This document shows, piece after piece, positions 1-12,928 of a stretch of 64,000 bases of DNA. The notes under the pieces were generated by a model. That model saw only the letters and a list, made by a program, of their open reading frames with translations, ran no database searches and was not told the DNA's origin. Where the stretch lies: assembly GCF_036365525.1 (NCBI RefSeq), contig NC_090388.1:32863231-32927230 (forward strand), written 5' to 3'. Both the position numbers and the translations under genes were made by a program. Source of the stretch: Heterodontus francisci (lineage: Eukaryota). Numbering within the stretch: the first letter of the stretch is position 1; each line of letters opens with the position of its first letter.

Positions 1-1060
1 TATGAAATTGGTTGAATGACAGGAAACAGAGAGTAGTGGTTAATGTATATTTTTCAGACTGGAAGAAGGTTTGTAGTGGAGTTCCCCAAGGGTCAGTGTT
101 AGGACCTTTGCTCTGCCTGATGTATATTAATGCCCCACACCTTGGTGTACAGGACACAATTAAAAAATTTGCGGAAGCATTGTAAACTTTGAGGAGGATA
201 GCGTAGAATTTCAAAAGGACCATAGACAGGTTGGTGGAATGGGCGGACAAATGGCAGATGTAATTTAATGCAGAGAAGTGTTAAGTGATTCATTTTGGTA
301 GAAAGAACGCAGAGACAATATAAAATATAGGGTACAATTTTGAAGGGGTGTGGGAGCAGTGGGACCTGGGTGTATATGTACATAAATCATTGAAGGTGGC
401 AGGACAGGTTGAGAAAGTGGTTAATAAAGCATACAGGATCCTAGGCTTTATTAATACGGGCATAGAGTACAAAAGCAGGAAATTATGTTAAGCTTGTATA
501 AAACACTGGTTCGGCCTCAAGTGGAGCATTGCATCCGGTTCTGGGCACCACACTTTAGGAAAGCTGTGAACGCATTGGAGAGAATGCAGAAAAGATTCAT
601 GAGTATGGTTCCCGGGATGAGGAACTTCAGTTTCATAAATTGGAGAAGTTGGGTCTGTTTTCCTTGGAGAAGAGAAGGTTGAGAGGATATTTGATAGATG
701 TAATCAAAATTCTGAGGGGTCTGGACAGATAGGGAAAAACTGTTCCCATTGGTGGAAGTATTGAGAACAAGAAGGCACAGATTTAAGGTAATTGGCAAAA
801 GAAGCAATGACAACATGAGGAAAAACGTTTTCACGCTGTGAGTGGTTAAGATCTGGAATGCACTGCCTGAGAGTGTGGTGGAGGCAGAGTGAATTGAAGC
901 ATTCAAGAGGGAATTGGATTATCTGAAAAGGAAGAATGTACAGGGCTACAGGGAGAAGGCGGGGGAGTGGCACTAGGTAAATTGCTCCTTCGGAGAGCCA
1001 GCGCAGACATGAAGAGCCAAATGGCCTCCTTCTGTGCTGTAAAAATTCTGTGATTCTATG
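1..1060 (+). mobile_element. CR1 LINE 3' fragment (degenerate ORF2 C-terminus + 3'UTR)
   Basis: SGVPQGSVLGP-like sequence and LYKTLVRPQVEHCIRFWAPH; CR1 tail ending ATTCTGTGATTCTATGAT. Confidence 0.93.
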
Positions 1061-3098
1061 ATGCCAGCTGACTCGGATTCCCCTGTCAGCATTCAGATTT
1101 CTCGCCAAAGTCTCTCTCACAATGTTCTAGATTAAGCAGATTGTGATGAGTATGCTTGCTGCTTGATATTGGATGTGGCTATCAAGAATATCAAAGTGGA
1201 CAATGCGTTGCAAGATGCCTTGCATTGATTCTTCCACCATCCTTAAGGCAGTTGGTCATTCTTTAGTTGATGAGGAAACTGAGGCTTGCAATATATGCTG
1301 GAACATGTTAGTTGGAGGCTGGGTATGAGAATATGCACTCATTTATCTATCGTTTGGTGCCTATGATTTTGTCACAGAGGCAGATACTGTTGATGCTTTG
1401 CACCTCCATCTATTAGAATAATTGATAGAGTATGTCTAAACTGTGGTCAGGAGAATGGTGACAATGCAATCATATTTTATAGTCAGTTGAACTGTTGACC
1501 ATGCTAATTGTAAGGAGCACAAGCAGGACTTCCTTCAACTTGTACTGTATTATTAGTATTCAATTTGTTTTATGGATGCTTGTTTCATGTGATTAAACAT
1601 CCCAACTACTGAGCCTACTAATACCCAAGATCTCTCACTCCCTTTGTCCTTAGTTGTTTGATCACCATTCATTATGTGAATGTATCCTCCTAACATTCAT
1701 GTTGCCTATTCTTCCCAATTATTTTCTTCCTATACTTTACACTTGTATTCATATTAAATCCATCTGCCACTACCCACTAACATATTTTGTCCAACTTACT
1801 TTGTAGGTCCATGGCTGCCTTCTTAGCTTTAATTGTCCCCACTTCCCAAATTGCCATTGTCTGTGATTTGACCAATTGCACTGTTTTTGAATCAAATAGT
1901 ACTTTTATTGAGGTAATTACTTTGTTTGAATTCTGCTAAAATGACATTGTTAATTTGGTCCCATATTCTGGCAGCAGGATCACAGACCCACAAAACTCTG
2001 CATCTAAAACTCTGCCTCTGGAATATAGACACAAGATCAAATTATATAAACACAAGGAAATAGATCAAGAATGTATCTTTTGGAATCCAAATTAAATAAG
2101 TAATGATATATAAACAGATCAAGTGGTTAATGTAAATTAGAAATAAAAGCATTTGAATCAGTGATCCCTGGGATACTCAATACTTCCTCAACCTCAACTT
2201 CACTTTTCCAATAAGTGCCTGCTGGTTTGTATTCTTTATCCAATTTCCTATTTAGTCCCAGATTTTAGCTTAAATTCTATCTGTTTTATGTTAAGTTGCA
2301 GCCTTCAAGCAAAACTTTATCGCAGGATTTTTAGGAGTTTAGTTACACATCATATCCTCCTGTATTAGACGCTATTTGGTGGAGGTGAGAACAGGCATGT
2401 GGCTTGCTTCCAGGCATCTCTAGTAAGTTCTTTAACTAGCCGCAAGAAAGTACAGAAGAGTGTCTCAAAGTGAGTCACTCTCCGATTATACTCCTGCAAA
2501 GCTCCCAAACATCTCATCACTTCTGTAATGGAGAACTCAAGTGGGTAATTGTGAGTTCAAAGCTCACATTCAGCTACTCTGAAGCTCAGCATGTTGGGAC
2601 ACTAACAATCTGTACAGCTATCTCAATAAAGGATATTTTAACTTTCAATAATAGAACTCAGAACATTTTAGTAAGCAGTCATATTTAATATGATTTGCAT
2701 GAAGTCACCCTTTCAGTAAACACAACTGATGTTTTGTAATTTGAGTGATAATCATAGATTGCGATTCTGCAGTTAAGCAACTTTTCATAATGGATTCTTT
2801 CTTGTAAATTTGCTGTCTACTGTAATATCTGCAGAAATACCTCTATCTATTGTGTATCTATTTAATCAGGCTTTAGCAATTTAATTGGGGACTGTTAAAA
2901 TATTCAGCGAGGTAGATGTGTAGCTGAACTGAACAGCAGGCGCTGTGTATAATGGACAGCCAAACCGATACCACCAGATCTGGGCCACTGCCCAGACGAA
3001 TTTCTACCCCTCATATAAAATACAAAAATTAACTGGAGTGCAATAATACTGCTATATTTTGTTAGCTTTGCCAAAATTGCATAATTTTTTTTTTTTTT

Positions 3099-3435
3099 AA
3101 AAAGAGATACAGCACTGAAACAGGCCCTTCGGCCCACCAAGTCTGTGCTGACCATCAACCACCTATTTATACTAATCCTACACTAATTTCATATTCCTAC
3201 CACATCCCCACCTGTCCCTATATTTTTCCCTACCACCTACCTATACTAGGGGCAATTGCTAATGGCCAATTTACCTAACAACCTGCAAGTCTTTAGCATG
3301 TGGGAGGAAACCGGAGCACCCGGAGGAAACCCACGCAGACACAGGGAGAACTTTCAAACTCCACACAGGCAGTACCCGGAATTGAACCTGGGTCCCTGGA
3401 GCTGTGAGGCTGCAGTGCTAACCACTGCACCGCCC
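3099..3435 (-). mobile_element. HE1-like V-SINE
   Basis: Reverse complement of the copy at 32589; tRNA-like head, V-domain GGGTTTCCTCCGGGTGCTCCGGTTTCCTCCCACA, CR1-type tail. Confidence 0.9.
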
Positions 3436-4659
3436 TCTTAAGAAAAGAATGTTATGCTTTTATTGTTAGGTTGCTTTTATTACAAATGTTTTAGTTGTAT
3501 TTTCACTAACTTTAGAATAGAATTATTCTCTGTTGAGAGACACATATCATGCATTACTGAAAAAAGACATTGATTTATTATATCCTCAGTCTGGGTAACA
3601 TCTGCATTACAACAAATTGAACTCTAGAAACAAATTGTCATTAGGAAACAAATTTGCAGCAGAAATACTAATATTGCACAAGATACCTGATGGAGTTGGT
3701 GTTGTTTCGGGAGAAAAGCAATCTTAAAGTAGATGGAGACTTGAAAACAGATAAAGAATAATTTCACTGATACAATAGAACATAATGTAAACACTGCAAT
3801 TAAAATTAGTAAAGCAATAACAAAATTACAAAGACTAGTATCCATAATAAAAGGTAACTCAGGCACAGGGATAGAAAGAAGTCAGTGCACCTGCCTCCAC
3901 ATAACTCTCATGCAATTAGCTTTTGGAGTTAACATCTTAAACTAATTCTATTCATTAACCTCCTCCATGGATCCTGGTATGAATGAATATCAGAGAAACT
4001 GACACTGGAGTATTCTGGGATAGCTTGTCTGTTCCATAATACTAGTGTCAATAGAATTAATCTGCTTATAAATCAATTACATATTTGTTCCCCTCAACTC
4101 CCCAAAAATATTTACTATTTTAGCAAATACTTCATATAGTTTTTTTTTTTTTTAAGTACTTGCAGTTAGTATTTGATGTTATATGACACAATCAAATCTT
4201 ATTATAAGCTCATCACGATGAAAATAGTTCCTACCAGGGTTTAGTTATAGCTCCAAGAGAAAAATTCATTGGACTGCAGGAAAATATTTATTACAAGAGA
4301 TCTGTAACAGATGTTTCATTATCTGCAAAATGTTTAAATAAAAATTCAAAGTGATGCTACATATTCTTTCAGCTGTGAGAGGCATTTTTCCTGTTTGCTA
4401 TAAATTCCCATTACCTGTCAGAAATGAGAACACTGTGGTCTGTGGTGTTTATCTGTTATCAATTACTATTTGGTAGTTTTAAGGGAAAATTTTGTTTTGA
4501 TTTTGGCATGAATGCTGCTAGGATCATTTTGATTCAACAACTCCTGGTTTGAAAGGACAGTTAACCATACTTCTTATTGACAATCAGATCGATACCACAC
4601 CCAATTAACTAAATAATTGAAAGATTACACTTTTGTAATTAACACAAGGATATTAGATA

Positions 4660-6596
4660 TTTATTTTGTATGCTTTTAGGATTTGTCTATCAACATAGAA
4701 TGGATGAATTGTGAATCTTCATTTTAAATTGTTGAGATGAGATCATAAGTCAGGAAGACAAGTTTGCCAGATATTACCTAAATGATAGCATTAAATTATC
4801 TTTAACTCTACCACAAGTATTTATTTTTATATATTGTAATGCTGTGTTTAAAATGTTCCTTTTTGGGCCATTTTACATGGATACTGAATGGACAGCTGCA
4901 AGATTGAAGCAGCACAATTACAGACGAAAGGCACTACCCATATCTATGAACTACAACCTAAAATGCGCAGAAGCAGATGGCAAGATCTCCAGTACAAGCT
5001 TTTTTCTCTTCTTTCCATTACTTTCTGGCTTATTATTATACAATATGCATTATAGATTTATTATCCTCTAGTGCACTAACATTGTGCAGACTTAGAAATG
5101 TCATCCTGGCAGTGCATCATAATCAGAACGAATTATGCAAATTGAAAGTCCATTGACCGTTATCCCAACATTACTAAAGTTTTCAGTTTGAGAATTACTT
5201 CACTGGTAAGACAAGTGTCAAATTGTGTTTGATTCTCAGTAGATTACTTTACTTGTTATTTTTCATCTTTACATCAAGCTGTATAAAACAGGCCAAGACT
5301 TTTAACCCCAAGGTCATGATTTAACTAAAATTCCTTCTTTTAAAAAATGGACTTGTGGTATTTTTCGCTAGCTTGCTATTTTTCACAAATCACTACTCCA
5401 CATTCAGAGTTTTAAGAGAAGTTGGGTAAAATGTTACACACAAGCCTAGTTTCATTTAAAGTAACTTCTAAAAGTTAATGCATTTGTTTCACCAAAACAT
5501 TATTGATTGTTTTCCAGTTCGCAAAAGATATTTCCTACAATACTGAAACTAATACTGAAGTTCCAGTAATCTGCAGAAAACCAAAGGAAAAATAGACAGT
5601 TTTAAATGTTATCAACTCACTACTGTATTTCAGTATACATACTGAGGAAGTAAAGATGAATACTGAAAATCTGTACATTTTACAGTGAGATTATGAATGA
5701 CATTGTTATACATAGTTTGCATAAGTTAAATATTTACAGATATAAGCTGTTAGTACGTTTGTCATCCAAAACTAAAGTTCTCTGTACATATATTTTCAAA
5801 AAGTATGAAAATGCCATTCTTTTAGAACTCAGCATAGCAAGTTAAAATTTTACTTTGTAAGCAATATAAATTTTGATGCACAGTTGCCATGCAACTGAAA
5901 TACAGTGTCATCACGGAGTAAATGTCATGTTTTCATTTCCAACTTAAATGGTCAGCAATTCGGAAGATTTTATCCTCCAGAGGTAAATATTATGCCATGA
6001 CTTGCAGACAATGGAAGCCAATTGTAGTTTTTAATTATTTGTAAAGGCTTAGAACAAATTTAAAGTACAGCTATTTTATATTAGTTATGCTATTGACCCC
6101 TATAGAAATACAAAGTTTTCAAATATTCATTTTGGAATGTTAGTATAGCACTTTATACTGTTTAAACTCTGTTATAATGCTGCTACTATAAGATTTCTGT
6201 ATTCTCGCTGTTCCTGTGTTTTCTTTATTGCTCTTTTTATATTTGTTGAGATGTTTATAGCATTCTGTAGTTTGAGGGACCACTGAAAATTATTTTAATA
6301 ACAGTGGTAAGGGTCTTTTTGAACAAAATGACCTTGTCCTTCAGTCCATCAATATTTGCTTGGTTCAGTTCGGTTCAAATTGCAGTATATTGGACATATT
6401 TTCTTCTGAACCGAATGTCCTGTCCATCCGTATTTGGTTTTCTTTGGAATTACGCTTGCTCGACATTGTCATATGTCAACTGCTCATTAAGACCAATAAG
6501 ATCACTTGACTTTAATATGCTCCTTTAGCCCAAAGCTTCTCCAAGCTACGCTTGTTCTGTGTCTATTTGGCTTAGCACTCTATTGATGTCTTGCAG
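4660..6596 (-). other. wnt16: Probable wnt16 3'UTR (end uncertain)
   Basis: AT-rich, largely repeat-free stretch after the stop; minus-strand AATAAA candidates at 6224-6229, 4820-4825 and ~4660; Pumilio-type UGUAAAUA at 5731-5738. Confidence 0.5.
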
Positions 6597-7061
6597 CTAC
6601 TTGCAGGTGTGCACGTCTGTCATGGTCTCACATCTCCGACAGCGCACATAACAGCACCACACAAACTTGCAGTCGCACCGCTCCACATGCCGGACTACGT
6701 GCGTATTATATCCCCGGCCACAGCAAAGCAAATTACAGCCGTCGGCGGCCGGCGAGGTGCGGTTGCATTGCCTCCCCCTGGTCCCGTGGATCCCCACCTT
6801 CTTATCTTCCACACAATAATTGGGTGACTTTTTAATATGCACCAGGTCCTCTCTGTTGACAGGCACTTTCCGCTGCACCTTGTCTTTGCGACGAACCTTT
6901 TTCTTTGACCTGTCCAGGATCTGGACGCTATGCTCGTATTTGTCTTTTAGGAATTGGCCAACTTTGTTGAAGGAAGACATGGTCTTCCAACAAGTCTTCA
7001 CAGCACACGAGCCAGACACTCCATGACAACGGCAGTTTACAGTCATCAATTTGGACACTGC
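6597..7061 (-). CDS. wnt16: Wnt16 coding exon 4 ([25 protein letters not shown]...[11 protein letters not shown])
   Basis: Acceptor TACAG|GCA at 7062/7061; CHGVSGSC with the palmitoleoylated Ser; C-terminus MTDVHTCK as in WNT16; the four exons total 1083 nt = 360 aa + stop. Confidence 0.98.
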   Translation of the reverse strand, partial: AVSKLMTVNCRCHGVSGSCAVKTCWKTMSSFNKVGQFLKDKYEHSVQILDRSKKKVRRKDKVQRKVPVNREDLVHIKKSPNYCVEDKKVGIHGTRGRQCNRTSPAADGCNLLCCGRGYNTHVVRHVERCDCKFVWCCYVRCRRCETMTDVHTCK

Positions 7062-8744
7062 CTGTAGGAGCCACCAAAAAGATAGTTAACATCAGAACTT
7101 TTCGAAAACTGCTTAAGAACCAAGTTAATTAAAACAACCAGAAAAGCTAATCACTCATACATTTCATTACTTTAAGGCTGTGGTTATACCACAGCTATTG
7201 ACCTCGAAGCATAGACATCAGTGAAGTTATACCGCTAACCATGTTTCACTGCTCCGCCACAAAACATGTCTTGTGTGTTCTTTGACGTGTGCTCAGAGTT
7301 CCATCTCTGAATTGTTACTTTTAAAACATGAGTGGGGGAGGGGAGCCTCTGCTGTCCAACACTGGAAAGTGATTTTATAAATTGTAAAATGTGGCATGCA
7401 CTTAGCTGGAATGCAAATGCAAACTCAAAAGTCCCATGAAATTGCCTTCTAGAGGCTTTCCTTTGCCTTCGGTGCATTCACAATCAAGTTTATTGCAATG
7501 GAAAGCCTTTGCACCAAATTTGTGGTGTAAATCAGGTTCCAAGACATGAAATTACCCCAAACAATCAGGATATGTCACTCCTTTTGGCACCAGTGGCAAA
7601 TTGATCCCGGAATATGGATTACAGCTGAATTTACATTTTAACTGCATGATTAATGCTCAGCAAAAATGCTTTGTAGTTTATAATTACAGTGTGAATATAT
7701 CCATTGTGTACTCTGGAGTCAGAGCAGAACTGACACCGCAGCTAGACTGGTACTGGGGCACTGGTACTATTTTAGGTCAGTATGAAAGTGACATCAACTA
7801 CATCCTAAACAGGACACCAGGTTATGATGGTACCATTGTTAGTTACATTGTTGGTAGAATGATTATTACAACTGTAAAGCATAAACAATGCAGATCACAC
7901 CTTTAACTAAATTAATAAGCATGTAAGATTCCAAACTGTTATCTAGTAAACATTAACTACAGATTGAATGTCAAATGAAGCCAGAAAATTCAGACCTATT
8001 AAGAGAGTAAATGTATTGTGGATATAATTAAGGAATAATTGTAAAGCTCATCAACGCACATATTCTCAACATGCGGTGCTTAGTGAGATCAGTTTCCCAA
8101 GAAAAGTTTAAATTCTTGTCTGCATTTTTTCTTCTCATCCTGGGAAACAAATTATAATCTCAAAACATTCAGTCCTACCAGTTTTGTGCTATATCTGCAC
8201 GGTGTTTTGCAAAGAATGCAGGGATATCAGTACGGATAAAGTTTTCACAGAATTCAAGTTGCTAATATTCTGAGTGATGCCTGCAACATTCAGGCATTAC
8301 AAATATAGCATCCAGATGGCGTGGGAGCCTATTAAACCCATTCAAATTATTGTAACATAGCATGAATTTGGATTGAGCCTTTGGTAGTGGTAGTGGTAGT
8401 GTTCCTGCCTCAGAGTCAGACAGGGAAGGATTCTAGCCCCACTCCAGACAGCTCTGGTGATTGGAGACTAGAGTATGGTCTCCAAATATCAGGTTGACAG
8501 CCAGCAGGCAAGTCTGGAAGAAGTGACCACTGCATCAGTGATATAATCCTGGCTGTGAGTCATCAGGGTTGGGTTCAGTCAAACTCTGGATAATGGGTTA
8601 ACTTGCATCTCATGTTGTGGGTGCCCCCACATAATAAAGAGTTGGTGAGGCTCTTTAGCCTTGATTGCAGACCACTGAGAAGATGCTCCCAAGATTTTAA
8701 AAAAACCCTTGAGGAAATTGCCTCACCTACTGTTAAAAAAAAAC

Positions 8745-10370
8745 AAAGACAAAGAACAAAGATAATTACAGCACAGGAACAGGCCCTTCGGCCCTCCAAG
8801 CCTGCGCCGATCCAGATCCTCTCTCTAAACATGTCGCCTATTTTCTAAGGTTCTGTATCTCTTTTCTTCCTGCCCATTCATGTATCTGTCTAGATACATC
8901 TTAAAAGACTCCATCGTGCCCGCGTCTACCACCTCCGCTGGCAACGCGTTCCAGGTGCCCACCACCCTCTGCGTAAAGAACTTTCCACGCATATCCCCCC
9001 TAAACATTTCCCCTTTCACTTTGAACTCGTGTCCTCTAGTAATTGAAACCCCCACTCTGGGAAAAAGCCTCTTGCTGTCCACCCTGTCTATACCTCTCAT
9101 GATTTTGTACACCTCAATCAGGTCCCCCCTCAACCTCCGTCTTTCTAATGAAAATAATCCTAATCTACTCAACCTCTCTTCATAGCTAGCGCCCTCCATA
9201 CCAGGCAACATCCTGGTGAACCTCCTCTGCACCCTCTCCAAAGCATCCACATCCTTTTGATAATGTGGCGACCAGAACTGTACGCAGTATTCCAAATGTG
9301 GCCGAACCAAAGTCCTATACAACTGTAACATGACCTGCCAACTCTTGTACTCAATGCCCCGTCCGATGAAGGAAAGCATGCCGTATGCCTTCTTGACCAC
9401 TCTATTTACCTGCGTTGCCACCTTCAGGGAACAGTGGACCTGAACACCCAAATCTCTCTGGACATCAATTTTCCCCAGGACTTTTCCATTTACTGTATAG
9501 TTCACTCTTGAATTGGATCTTCCAAAATGCATCACCTCGCATTTGCCCTGATTGAACTCCATCTGTCATTTCTCTGCCCAACTCTCTAATCTATCTATAT
9601 TCTGCTGTATTCTCTGACAGTCCTCTTCAGTATCTGCTACTCCACCAATCTTAGTGTCGTCTGCAAACTTGCTAATCAGTCCACCTATACTTTCCTCCAA
9701 ATCATTAATGTATATCACAAACAACAGTGGTCCCAGCACGGATCCCTGTGGAACACCACTGGTGACACGTCTCCATTTTGAGAAACTCCCCTCTACTGCT
9801 ACTCTCTGTCTCCTGTTGCCCAGCCAGTTCTTTATCCATCTAGCTAGTACACCCTGGACCCCATGCGCCTTCACTTTCTCCATCAGCCTGCCATGGGGAA
9901 CCTTATCAAACGCCTTACTGAAGTCCATGTATATGACATCGACAGCCCTTCCCTCATCAATCAACTTTGTCACTTCCTCAAAGAATTCTATTAAGTTGGT
10001 AAGACATGACCTTCCCTGCACAAAACCATGTTGCCTATCACTGATGAGCCCATTTTCTTCCAAATGGGAATAGATCCTATCCCTCAGTATCTTCTCCAGC
10101 AGCTTCCCTACCACTGACGTCAGGCTCACCGGTCTATAATTACCTGGATTATCCCTGCTACCCTTCTTAAACAAGGGGACAACATTAGCAATTCTCCAGT
10201 CCTCCGGGACCTCACCCGTGTTTAAGGATGCTGCAAAGATATCTGTTAAGGCCCCAGCTATTTCCTCTCTCGCTTCCCTCAGTAACCTGGGATAGATCCC
10301 ATCCGGACCTGGGGACTTGTCCACCTTAATGCCCTTTAGAATACCCAACACTTCCTCCCTCCTTATGCCG
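8745..10370 (-). mobile_element. Young 5'-truncated CR1 LINE in wnt16 intron 3
   Basis: RT motifs NYRPVSLTS, YMDFSKAFDKVPH, GVPQGSVLGP, FADD; frame open over ~1.5 kb except one TGA at 9568-9566. Confidence 0.97.
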
Positions 10371-10803
10371 AGTGTTGGTAGCACTCTCCCCTCTAACTCA
10401 GAAGGTTGTGGCTTCAAGTCCCACTGCAGAGACTTGAGCACAAAAATCTAGGTGGCAATCTAGTGCAATACTGAGGGAGTGCTGCACTGTTGAAACTGCT
10501 GTCTTTTGGATGAGATATTACACCGAATTCCCAGCTGCCCCCTCAGGTGGATGTAGAAGATGCCATGGCCTATTTCAAGAATAACAGGGATCTATCCCTG
10601 GTGTCCTTGCCATTACTTATCCCTCAATCAACATCTCAAAAAAATGTGCGAGTCATTATCACATTATTGTTTGTGGGAGCTTCTTGTGCACAAATTGGTT
10701 GCCACATTTCCTACATTACATCAGTTTTAAAAGTACTCCGTGGGCTGTAAAGAGTTTGGGGTCCAGAAGTGGTGAAAGGCGCTATATAAATGCAAGTCTT
10801 TCT
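10371..10803 (+). mobile_element. SacSINE1-like (DeuSINE) element
   Basis: tRNA-like head (GGCTTCAAGTCCC), Deu-like core GGATGAGAT...AGATGCCATGG...CCCTGGTGTCCTTGCC, L2-type tail GGCGCTATATAAATGCAAGTCTTTC. Confidence 0.75.
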
Positions 10804-10949
10804 TGTCTTACTCTTCCCTAGTAAATGACTCAAGAATCTCATGTATGAGACTCCACCTTGCGGCAGATCACAACGGTGTGAATTCTATGTTTGGTACCAA
10901 GTTAAAATACGCACACTTTGGGGAAAGACTGTGCACTTTCATTGACGCC

Positions 10950-11600
10950 AATTTAGCTTGCCGAGCTTGGGTCCCCTCCCTACCTGCCGGCCGGCCTCGT
11001 TGTTATGCAGGATCATGGTTGCCCGCGCTTCTTTCTCTCCTCCGATTTCACCGGCAGAGGGCTTGTCGGTCGAGTGGATGAATTTCCGGCTGAACACCAT
11101 GCCGTACTGGGTGTCGTCCGAGCAGCCGCCCCAGTGCCAGCCCTCGTCGGCCGAGCCGCCGCTCTGCAGGCTCGTGTCGCACGAGCACTCGGTCAGGTTG
11201 CCGGCGCTGCACGCGCGAGTCACCGAGTGCACGAGTCCCGCCGCCATCACCGCCTGAATGAAGGCGCTCTCCTTAGTGCCTACACACGGGCGGGGCACAG
11301 AAAGACAAACTCAACCGTTACTGTAAGAGAGCAGCTTCCCCAATAACAAACATATATATATAAAAAAACCACCACCACCACCAAACTGCAATAGCACTGA
11401 ATATTGGGCACTGCGCATAACGAGCGGCCAATCCAATATCGCCCATTTTGCGCCACCGCCCGAGAGGAATTTCTCCCCCGCCAAGCTGCTACATGTAACT
11501 AATTAGCGGCTAGAGGCACGAGCCGGGCGCCAGCTCTCCATTCCCGCGCTCTGCGGCGCCAGCTCTTCACGCAGCAATAACAAACGCGCGAAGCAAAGTC
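10950..11600. promoter_or_regulatory. GC/CpG-rich island over wnt16 exon 3 and adjacent intron 2
   Basis: Visibly dense in CG/GCGC (e.g. 11140-11300, 11400-11590) against an AT-rich background. Confidence 0.75.
10984..11279 (-). CDS. wnt16: Wnt16 coding exon 3 ([27 protein letters not shown]...WHWGGCSDD...HNNEAGRQ)
   Basis: Acceptor GTAG|GC at 11280/11279, donor CAG|GTAGGG at 10984/10983; 296 nt; canonical Wnt motifs. Confidence 0.97.
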
Positions 11601-12928
11601 AGTGAACCAAAGACTTTCATTACAATACACGTGTTGGGTGAGTAGGTTAGCGTGTTTTACTGAATGAATATTTAACAAATGATAAATTCTTATCGGTTTG
11701 CTTTATGACTCTGGTTTACATTTTGAAAGGTTAAGGGAGCAAGTGGGCGGCAGCTACTAAAGGACCTGGACTAGCCTGCAGATCTTCATTTCCATTTTGC
11801 TGAAATATGGTCGGGTTACTTCCTGTGCAAACTACACACAATGCTGTAGAATGATACGGATCAAACACTTCACGTGAATGTTCATTATTCTCTTTCCCCA
11901 GCTGCGGGCTGTGCACTGAACCGCGCACATAAATGCAGCCTTTAGTGAGATTTTGAACGATAAGAAATGCAGCTTTTTATTTGGGTGTAACCTAGCAAGC
12001 TTGCAAAACAGTTTACCAAACTTCAGCGCTTGTTCTCTGTTCGAACATGGCTCGATTTCGGTACAAGTCACATTTCTGTATTGTATTAAAATAAAAATTT
12101 ATCACACCATTCATGTAACTTGTAATAATTGGTTGTAATACCTTTAGATTTAAAATATTAGAGGGGTAGCAATTGTGCTATTAAAATGAAAGCAGTTTAT
12201 ATTTATAAAGTATACTACATTTTAATTCGGCAGTTGCATCCTATAGGGAAAAAATGCATATTAATGACTGAATTTATAAAAAGACAAGTGTCATCAATGC
12301 CCTATGAACGTATGTGGGTTTTGGTTTAAAACTGTACATGTTGTTTTCCTATATTGCGGTCTGGCTAAATGACTCCTGTATTAAATGTACCTGCTTATTT
12401 TCATTTAAAATTTCCTTGAACTGTTACCTTCAGCTTCCTTACATTTTTTCCATGTTCTGAAACGCTTAGCATCACAATACTGACACTTGATCAGGGTTAA
12501 AAAGCTTGTTCAGAAAGTTAACAGAAACCACATGGGGACATTCTGATCAAGCTACATAATGACGTGCACAACAGCCCATTGCAGCTGTTCGCTAAACAGA
12601 ATTACTTATTTGCGGTTTTATGAGGCAGTCAAGTTAATACTCTACCCGAAGAATATTGTTAAATATTAAGATAAAGTTTTGGTTTAAAACTACTGTAAGT
12701 ACTTCGTAGCTGCTGCATTCTATATTACAACGACATTTGGGATATGTAAACGATAATTAGAAATATTAAATTTTTGCTGCTGTATGCTTTGTTCCATGTT
12801 ATTTTACCTGGTTAATCTGTTTCCACTTATCAGAATCAACGATTTCGTGCTCTTCTACTTAGAATTTTGAAATATTGTCTTTACACCTGGACTAGAGATC
12901 AATATTAAAAGTATATATTGGTATATAC

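Noticed and set aside
1120-1560. Possible Gypsy RNase H/LTR relic
   Set aside because: Only a vague resemblance, with several stops and no confirmable motif or termini
1-6500. FAM3C 3' exons expected tail-to-tail with wnt16
   Set aside because: No FAM3C-like C-terminal peptide found on the plus strand; probably left of the window
6591-7026. Plus-strand ORFs overlapping wnt16 exon 4 (and those at 10803-11346 over exon 3)
   Set aside because: Antisense shadows of GC-rich coding exons with no independent support
8825-10441. RT ORFs as host genes or a bacterial-type retron/defence system
   Set aside because: Clear 5'-truncated CR1 ORF2 with the typical 3'UTR; multicopy within the window
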